From contig OZ024740.1 of the NCBI GenBank assembly GCA_964016885.1, forward strand, positions 218,426,001 to 218,490,000: a DNA stretch of 64,000 nt. Reading direction: 5' to 3'. The notes below the pieces were generated by a model. The model was given only the letters and a program-made list of their open reading frames with translations. It was not told the origin of the DNA and did not search any database. Below are positions 54,507 to 64,000 of the stretch, piece after piece. The DNA is from Eledone cirrhosa (Eukaryota). Every line of letters starts with the position of its first letter. The first letter of the stretch is position 1. The translations under genes were made by a program, and so were the position numbers.

Positions 54507-55330
54507 AGGGCGGTGGATTGGCAATATCGGTAGAGAGTCGGGCGCCATGCTTTGCAGCATAGTGTTACGGTCTAAGTTAACTTTGCCTTTCATCCTTACG
54601 GGCTCGATAAAATAAAGTACCAGTCACGCACTGGGGTCGATTTTATCGACTCCCCCCCCCCTCCCAAAAAAAAATTTGCTGGCCTTGTGCCTAAAGTAGA
54701 AACAATTATTATTATCATTGTTAGGGCGGTGAATTGACAGTATCGGTAGAGGGTCGGACGCCATGCTTTGACGCATAGAGTTACGGCCCTTGCCATTCTG
54801 AGTTCAAATCCCGCCGAGGTTAACTTTGCCTTTCATTCTTACGGGGTCGATAAAATAAAGTCCCAGTAATACACTGGGTAATTGCTGGCCTTGTGCCAAA
54901 AGTAGAAACAATAATTATTATTATTGTTGTTATTCTAAGGTGGTGAATTGGCAGAATCGTTATGTCGTCGGATGAACTGTTCAGCAGTTCCGGCTTTTTA
55001 CGTTCTGAATTCAAAACCTGCCGAGGTTAACTTTGCCTTTTATCCTTACAGGGTCGATAAAATAAAGTACCAGTAATGCACTGGAGGGTAATTGCTGGCC
55101 TTGTGCCAAATGTAGAAACGATTATAAACATCGGTGGATTGGCAGTATAAGTAGAGCGTCGGACACCATTCTTTGCGGCATATAGTTACGGCTATTTACG
55201 TTCTGAGTTCAAATCCCACCGTTGTTAGCTTTGCCTTTCATCCTTACGGGGTCTATACAATAAAACACCAGTAACGTACTGGGGTCGATTTAATCGTCTT
55301 TCCCTTCTCCCAAATATTGTTGGCCTTGTG
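54507..55330 (+). mobile_element. Head-to-tail tandem of four high-copy SINEs (further copies 50855-51038, 55540-55720, 56258-56470, 58304-58475)
   Basis: Four successive gg(c/t)ggtg(g/a)attg...gtagaaac/att(att)n units. Confidence 0.85.
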
Positions 55331-57035
55331 CCTAAATCAGAAAAAACATTATTGTTATGAATAACAAGGCGCTAGATTGTCAGACTAACTTACATTCTTT
55401 TAGTTATTTTCACATCCAAGTTATGCAAGACTTTCGAGAATATATGCTATGAAAGAATAATGAGAAAATTCTGAGTGAGACGACACACAAATGATGACAT
55501 CATAGAGCAAGGAAACGTTCCAAGTGAGAGGTTATTATTGTCAGTATCGGTAGAGGGTCGGACACCATGCTTTGACGGATAGAGTTACGGCCCTTGCCAT
55601 TCTGAGTTCAAATCCCGCCGAGGTTAACTTTGCCTTTCATCCTTACGGGGTCGATAAAATAAAGTACCAGTAATGCACTGGGTAATTGCTGGCATTGTGC
55701 CAAAAGTAGAAACAATTATAGTATGTGAGAAACAGAAGCTTGGCTATTTTGTTTTTGATATGATAAAAAAGAGAATCCTTGGGGAACACATCTTCATTGG
55801 AAGAGGAAAGGGGAGAAACTAAGATGCTGATCTGAAAGAGCAATGACCAAGGTTTTAGGGTTCAATGGAGAAGGCCTAAACGTTGGCACGAAACAGAAAA
55901 TTGCATTGTGCTGCTGCTTACAAGAAGCTACGCTCTGAAGAGAGTATGCGATAATTTTGATGATGATGGTCTCGACTTCATATCCTACTGAAATTAATAG
56001 GGTCTTACATTACTTCAGGATCGATACAACAAATACTTGGCCTGTATGAAGATCAATCCGAACGCAGCTCTGTACACCTGGGTTATGTGCAGTGTGGTTT
56101 TTGGCGGTGTTGTTTCTATTGTATTGAAAGTTCAGTGCCTAGTAGTGCTATATTTTGTATGCTGTATATATTTGTATGTCCTGGGGTTCGGGTTATGTAT
56201 CTGTCAGTGTGTATTTTTATCATTCCAAGTGCACCTTATTATAGGTATTATTATTATGGCAGTATCGGTAGAGAGTCGGACGCCATGCTTTGCAGCATAG
56301 AGTTACGGCCCTTTGTGATCTGAGTTCAAATCCCGCCGAGGTTAACTTTGCCTTTTATCCTTACGGGGTCTATAAAATAAAGTACCGGTCACACACTGGC
56401 GTCGATTTAATCGACTTTTCTCTCCCAAAATTGCTGGCCTTGTGCCTATATAAGAAACCATTATTGTTATTGAACGTATTGATTCAAAGTTGCTATCACC
56501 ATGAATTATATCGAACTTACGATGATATAACATATTTAAAAGGAAGCACACACAACACATCTACTCCTTCAGAAATAGAGATGCCACTTCGTTATGCCAG
56601 TATATCTGGAATTTAAAGAACGACATATAACAACGCCTCATTAAGCTGGTTCATAGTTGGCGCCACAATATTTTACATTAGTGGGTCGAGAAGTGCAATG
56701 TTCAAACAATGTACACACGGGAGACCTAGTATGTGTGTGTGTGGGGGGGGGGGGGGGGGGTAGATATGTGCATGTAAATTTGAAAATAAGTACTTTTATA
56801 GACATAAAAATGACGAACTCTTACTAAGCAAAAGATTCAAAACATGTATAATATAATTAAATTAACAGTAACATCGAAGATGAAACTGTAAAATGAGAGC
56901 GCGACTCTCCTCCCTAATTCATACATTCTTTAAACTTCGAAATCACTGCCAATTAAATTACAATATATATATATATATATATATATACGTACACACATAC
57001 ACACACACACATATATATGTATATATACATACATA

Positions 57036-57240
57036 TGGTGGCTGCCAACTCGTTTTCGAGTACGGCCACTACTTTATATCCATGTAGGCGAACCCCTACC
57101 GATGCGCTGAACGAGTGTGATTTTTTAGTCCAGCCAGCGACTTGAAAACTCTGGTACAAACACTACACTTGTGACAATTATTGACACATAGTGCTGGGCC
57201 CATGGTACCATGTGACGACAAGTGCAGATAGATCTCCAGA
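57036..57240 (-). mobile_element. 3' end of an RTE-type LINE (terminal C2H2 finger)
   Basis: [25 protein letters not shown] followed by a short UTR and a tatg-type tail. Confidence 0.5.
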
Positions 57241-57347
57241 TATAAAGCAATGCCTGTATATTTATATATATATATGTATACATACATATATATATATATT
57301 TATATATATATACGTATACATACATAGATATATACATATACATACAT

Positions 57348-57408
<61 letters not shown>

Positions 57409-57423
57409 CACATATATATATAC

Positions 57424-57456
<33 letters not shown>

Positions 57457-58974
57457 CATACATACATACATATATAGATACATACATATATATGTTTAAA
57501 TATGTAGATACATACATATATATATACATATTTAAACACACATATATATATACATATATAAACACACATATATATATATACATATATAAACACATATATA
57601 TATATATACATATATATATATATGCATGCCTACATACATTTAGATAAAGAGGTAAATTGAGAATATGTAATAGAGGGCAGGAAGAGAAAGCCAGTCTGAA
57701 TAGTTGCCCGATTAATCTTCTTTTTTCTCTTCATCGGTGTGTAATTCAACAAGAGAACAAATTTTGTATTTAAACGCATAGTTCTGTAAGAACAATTATG
57801 TCTTCTGTCTGCGTGGGTATATATTTGTCTCTATATGTTTGCCTGTATATGTATACATTCTTGCTGTGTGCAAACATGTTGAAGTATTCTAACGCCTGAA
57901 TTGTTTCTGTAAAAATATCTGTATACGACGAGGTGCAGAATGCCGACACCGAAAAAAGATAAGATGTGAAGCTAGAAGTGAGAGTGTAAAAGAAGGGGGA
58001 GGATAGTGAGATAGACATACAGACAAAAGTGAACGACTCTGAAAAAATGCTGAGTCAGTATCGACCCCACGAAGAAAGGCAGAACACATTTCCGGCGTTA
58101 TTTCAATTGAGAATACATAATGTAGAGACAAAATCAAACAAACTATATGATTCCATGAGGGAAATAATAGCTATATTTCACTGAAATCTTACAAGACGGA
58201 AGGATATTGAATCATAACTATAATAAAGTAAGGAGTGCGGGACTGCGTCCCGAATATATTTTTTTTATCCCATTAGTAAAATAAGTTAGATTACTTTGAA
58301 TAAATAATTGTTTCTACTTTTGGCACAAGGCCAGCAATTACCCAGTGTATTACTGGTACTTTATTTTATCGACCCCGTAAGGATGAAAAGCAAAGTTAAC
58401 CTCGGCGGGATTTGAACTCAGACTGTAAAGTGACGTAACTATGCTAGAGAGCATGGCGTCCAAACCTCTACCGATGATTGCTTATTTTAAGATTCACTTC
58501 TTTTAAAATTTCCAAATGTCTACACTTCCGGTTAGCGTCCGTTATATTATAACACTTATTACATCGCGTATATAAACATCCATATATTTGTATCGTTATA
58601 TATGGTTTCATAAAATTTCGCCGTAATGCAGTTTATATATAACATCGTCTTTTTTAAATCTATCATGGATTACTTTACCGATTACAGAAGAGAGTGTAAC
58701 ACAGTCTCTCTTCAATTTCTGTGCATATTGTCAATTACGATTTTATTGGATGTATCATATCTACATGCATGTATATTAGCATATAAGCACATTACATATG
58801 CTAGCAGAAAACCGCACGAAGTGTGGTTTTTCTGCTAATGACAAATAATGCAGTCAAAGATATTAAAAAAAATTCGATGTGGTCATAGCTGGAATGCATT
58901 TGAAAGTATGCACAGGCAAAAAGTTTCGATGGGTGTGACACACACACACACACACGCGCACGCACCCACGCGCG

Positions 58975-59074
<100 letters not shown>

Positions 59075-59094
59075 TACATACATACATACATACA

Positions 59095-59126
<32 letters not shown>

Positions 59127-62100
59127 GGTGATGAAACGTTCGTTAATCAGCATTTAATGTATTAGTGTATTTGGTGTCTTTTTATGAATAATTTGCTTCT
59201 AGTGTAATTGTTTGGCACAATAGGAGTTTGTATACAGACCTTTCTGGAAAATTCTTTCAGAAGGGCTGATACATAGCCTTTTGTTTTGCTTATTATGATA
59301 AATTACTCTATTTTCAGCTGTTTAACCTCTCCACCTATGGTTTTAACTGTTTATATTGTTTTTGTGAAAAACGATATATATTTCATATATATATATATTT
59401 ATATAAGAGGAAAGCACGAATGGGGGGTGGGGGTAATTTCCCTTCATCAGTTGTCTTCTGAAGATCATGGACATGTTTACACATTAAAGACAAGATGCCT
59501 AGCTCCAATGCGTCAATAACTAAAGGAAGTTATTGGGGAAAATTTGAGAGAAAGACACAAATATAACAGAAGGGGGAAAGAAAGAAAAAAGAAGGAAAAA
59601 CGGGAAAAAATCGGAAAATACTGTATATACTATGTTGTGCATAATTTAGAGACCACTCGCATTTTAGCTAAAGCCCAGGTCAATTACTGGTTTACAACAA
59701 CAAATTCTTAATGTAAGGACATAACACATTACTCCTGAATAGTGTGTCTCCTTGGTGGAATCAATGCCTTGAAGCAATTGCTGCTAAAAGTCATCAAACA
59801 AAGTACTAATTTGGAATAGACAGTTTGTAGCATAATGCTTTGTATTGTATGTTTGTAATAATCTACTATTTTATCTAATAATTGTGCCTTGTTCAATATT
59901 AACTTAATAAAATTATTTGGGTGGTCTCTGAATTATGCACAACACTATGTATTGTGTGTGTGTGTTTAGTGACTGTTGGTACATCTGTGGCATGGTTTCG
60001 CATTAGTGTCCAGATATTTGGACACATTGATCTTCGGTTAACTTTCAAAGCAGATCAGGAAGCTAGAGAAAATAGAATGGTGTTTCTCGATGACGTCATA
60101 AATAACATCTATGAGGGTTGGGGTGATTTACATATCTTTGCGACAAGTGATTCTCCACAACAAAACCTGTCGGTCGTAACTCTTGGCAAAAGCAATACCG
60201 ATCATCTGGTTGCAGGAAGCGGGGTTCAGAGCCAAAACAGATACCGCAAAGCATCCCACCCGACGCTTTAACACAATTCCGCAAAAAACCACCCCACTCC
60301 AACTCCTGAATATCAATCCCAAAAGGATCTTTAACATCACCGGGATTTGAACTCAGTGTGCAGAAAACCAGAAATACTGCAAAGCATTTAATCCGAGTCT
60401 GCTAGTTCGCCGCCCATGAAACATTATACGGAGACATATAACTAAATCCTATCTCATAGCAAATAAACGTGATCATGTTAAAAAAAAAACAGTTGGGTCA
60501 TTTTGACATTTACAGCGACCTCAGTTCCTCAGTTTCACGAAATCCTATGTGACCAAACAAACAACAAACAACAACAAAAGCAAAGTAGCAATAACAAAAA
60601 AGAAAGTGTTTATTCAGTTTGTTTAGATGTATTTCGGCGAACTATTGAATTTATAATAGAATATCTGCATATTCTTTCCTTTCTTTATTGACAATCAAGC
60701 TTAGAGGAAAATTAAATATTTTAGCTTTTGGTGAAAACACAAGCGTCGTGAGGGTTTGTTCAAGAACAAAGTAACACCATAAGGTTATCGCTATAGAAAC
60801 AGCAAACAATGTGTACTGGCTGGAGTGCCATGCAATTATTGATCAATAAATCTAATTATTAACTGACATAATGTATTGGCCTCATCAGAGCTTTTAAGTA
60901 AAGTTTGACAAATATCCCATTTTATCTTCTATTTTCAAGTGTAGTCACAGCTATAGCATCTCGGGTTCAATCTCACTGTATGGTGAAATTTTGGGTTAGT
61001 ATCATTTACCATAGCCCCGTGAGTGAAACTGGATGGAGGGTATTAGTATGGTTAGATTATGTGCCGCCTAGGACAGCTCTTATGTTTGCAGTGAACACTC
61101 GCCCCTGACCCCACGCGAAAATACAACATGCTGCAGATTCGCTCTTAAAGTGCCGCCTCCATGAAAGTGTCGCCTGGGACGGACTGCTCCTTTCCCCCTC
61201 CTATCCTAGCTATGCTACTGATGGACAGAAATTGTTTGGAAGCTCGTCGGATGGACTATACCTGTAATTCAAAAGGCCACTCACTATGTCACGCTAAGAA
61301 TTACGTTATGGGTCACGTGTCTGTGTAATGCTGAGCCATTTACACTATTATACAAGATGGATTGTATTTTTAATTCAAATAAGTCTTGCAACACAATATC
61401 ACATTAAATATCCCTAATAATAGCATTAAGGGTAAAATTATCGGTGGAATCATCAGCGTATCAATTTAACAAGTAGTTTGTTCTGTTGTTTAAATAGCTG
61501 GAAGAGTCATCGTTAAAACCAACGGAAGTCCATTCCAATAACTGTAAATAACAGTTAATGACTGATTCAAATTATTTATCGTTTGTTATGCTTATTATTG
61601 GTCGTATCTATTTATGCATTTAATCCCGAAATCTCTTGGTATAAAATTTGGCGAATGTTGTAAAATCAGAAGGCTGGATTTCTGTGGTCCGAGCAATGAA
61701 CGTGGCGCAATAAAAAGTGTTATGTAAGTAAAGGAGTTGTAGGTGCAAATAACACCAGAGCTGGAGCAAGTCGATCAAATATCAGGTATCGAATGACTTG
61801 TATTCATTCTAATGGTAGGAGCGGGGGCTGCTTGTGATGTAATCAGATTGCCAAAATATTTTACCTTGTCTATCTAGTAGTACATCAGTATATGGGGAGT
61901 GCGCTTTATGGTTATAAGAAACAGCAGAAACTCTGGAAAATTATTCAGTATATCGTGAACTGGCAAAATTGAATTCAGGTTTTTATACGAGTTTGGAGTA
62001 AATAGGAGTAGGCATAGCCGTATGGTTAAGACGTCCGCTTCGCAACCCAGAGGTTCCATGTTCGTTTTAAACACGCAGCAACTCGGGAAAGCGTCATTTT

Positions 62101-62171
62101 TTCAAAAGCCTTGGGTTGATGGGTAGACGGACACAGAGCAGAATCTTGTGATTTATATATACACATATATA

Positions 62172-62342
62172 TGGGCTTCTACAGGACTAAAACTGTTTCA
62201 TCCGTATGAAATCATGATTTCATACGAATAAAACAGTTCCAGTCCTGTAGAAGCCCTTTTTATATTAGATATTATGTTCACACTCTACTAATGTATTGAG
62301 TACCTTATTAACTGTAGTTACCCCCCGATTTAACTTGGGATC
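62172..62342. mobile_element. Family B fold-back element (also 19100-19190, 17182-17232, 48975-49070)
   Basis: Palindrome centred on gaaatca/tgatttc. Arms contain aaacagttc.agtcctgtagaa and the tail has tattgagtacc. Confidence 0.75.
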
Positions 62343-62348
62343 TACACA

Positions 62349-62398
<50 letters not shown>

Positions 62399-62802
62399 AT
62401 GATCACTTGCACAGTTTCCTTCTACCAAATTACACTCAAAAGGTATAGGTCAATTGAAATCTATAACAAGACATTTCACCTAAATGGCCCATAGTCGGAT
62501 CAACCCCTGACCACGTAATAGCAATGAAACTTTTTAATCATACAATTTTTGTGATCATATATATATAAATCTGCCTTCCAAAAAAGGCAACTCCTATCGA
62601 TCCTGTAAGTCTCTCATATAGATACTCCCTTGATAATGGGTTTTTAAACCCGAAAATATTTGGGATTATTAAATTTGCTACGGTAAGATACTTTTGTTAT
62701 CTTAGCAATTTTAATTTTCTTTCTAGTGCATTGTTTGGTTTTCAAAATTACTTAAATTTGTGTTTCAACAATGCTTCAAGCAAACTACAACACTCTGATA
62801 TA

Positions 62803-62898
<96 letters not shown>

Positions 62899-63426
62899 GG
62901 GGTGTATATGAAACCATATACTATATGTTTATATACTGTTAATATATATAGACACTATTCCTACAGATATAAATCCTCATGAAGAAACTTTCGTATATTA
63001 CCTCAAGACCTCAATAATTATCTAACTCTCACATGAATATCAAATTAGAAAGTATAATACCAAATTAAAAATCAATGAAGCTGCACTGACAAATTCCTTT
63101 AATGAAGGACGATCAATGAAAGAGCTCTAATTGAATGAAGTCAAATCCAAAGCCTTTCTCGTGCTAATTTCGTGTGTCTCTATTCTTGAAATAAAAAATT
63201 CGGTCTGCTTTAATGTCAGGGTGGCCCCCATATCCAGACAATTCTTCCCAAAATTTATATCTACTCAAAAAGCATACGAAAGTGTTTTCTCCCGGGCAAG
63301 GGAAACACAATAGATTGAACACACATATATATATATATAATATATATATATATATATAATATATATATATAATATATATATATATATATAATATAGTTAT
63401 GTAATAAACAACATAAGGCAAATATT

Positions 63427-63482
63427 CCATTTACCAGTGGTTTCTTAAAAGCAAAAAATTTTGCTTTCAATCATCAGAATGA
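63427..63482 (-). ncRNA. Type I hammerhead ribozyme in an inverted PLE pLTR
   Basis: Minus strand: TCATT-CTGATGA-TTGAAAGCAAA attt TTTGCTTTTAA-GAA-ACCA c TGGT-A-AATGG. Confidence 0.8.
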
Positions 63483-63568
63483 AAAAATGCTGGTCTATTT
63501 ATTGAATTGGATTCTTTAAGAATCCAATTCAATAAATAGACCAGGATTTTTCCCAGGGGAATGGTTCG

Positions 63569-64000
63569 GAACCATTCCTCCCAAGAACTCCGAGGATAAA
63601 TCTCAAGGATCACAAAAACAATTTTCGTACTGAACTACCTGTTAGACTAATCGCCCCCTGTAAATCAGATCTGGGGGTTGTTAGCAAAGCCATCTTGGAT
63701 AGAATTATCCCACAGGTTCGTTCTAATTGCTCTTCTTTGAAATTAAATTTATGGTTTGGTACTTCTGAAGTGATTGGCTGGTTCAACAAATTGAATAAGA
63801 AAAATAAACAAAAATTTATTCAATTTGATATTGCCAGCTACTATTCTTCTATTTCGCCCTCACTTCTCAACAATGCTCTATCTTTCGCTTACAAATATTC
63901 AGACATCACCACAGATGAACTTCACATCATTCTCACCGCACGTAAAACCATCCTAGAGTTCAACAATGAATATTGGACCAGAGCTGATACCTCTAACAAC
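63569..64000 (+). CDS. Penelope-like element reverse transcriptase (5'-truncated, runs off the window; missed by the ORF track)
   Basis: 144 stop-free codons: PRINLKDHKNNF...PVRLIAPCKSDLGVVSKAILDRI...EVIGWF...FIQFDIASYYSSISPSLLNNAL...ARKTILEFNNEYW. Confidence 0.85.

Noticed and set aside
59921-60271. 116-aa ORF as a host exon
   Set aside because: It has no recognisable domain or supportable splice context, and it runs into SINE-like sequence.

Overview
This is AT-rich, microsatellite-saturated animal DNA. The repeat content resembles an octopus/cephalopod genome, which is an inference and was not checked. No host protein-coding gene, rRNA, tRNA or CRISPR array is supportable, and most ORF-track entries are (TA)n/(CA)n/(TC)n artefacts. 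Real coding remnants are all from transposable elements: a 5'-truncated RTE-type LINE RT with an embedded PHD finger (5942-7204), Tx1/L1 3' fragments, a decayed hAT (Charlie/Buster-like) transposase, a Penelope-like (PLE) GIY-YIG remnant, and a PLE RT running off the window end. Many tRNA-derived SINEs, MITEs, a solo LTR and minisatellites are also present. The main hidden signal is a hammerhead ribozyme (HHR) system. Read by eye, the window holds about 18 complete type-I HHR motifs, most with self-complementary stem III, plus many halves, mostly in fold-back insertions within (TA)n. They include U3-A8, U4C and U10.1-U11.1 variants. The centrepiece is a 2.4-kb inverted array of apparently identical 310-bp HHR-containing units (29107-31521), which looks like a non-LTR retrozyme (circular-RNA retroelement). 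All folds were assigned manually and none is experimentally tested.
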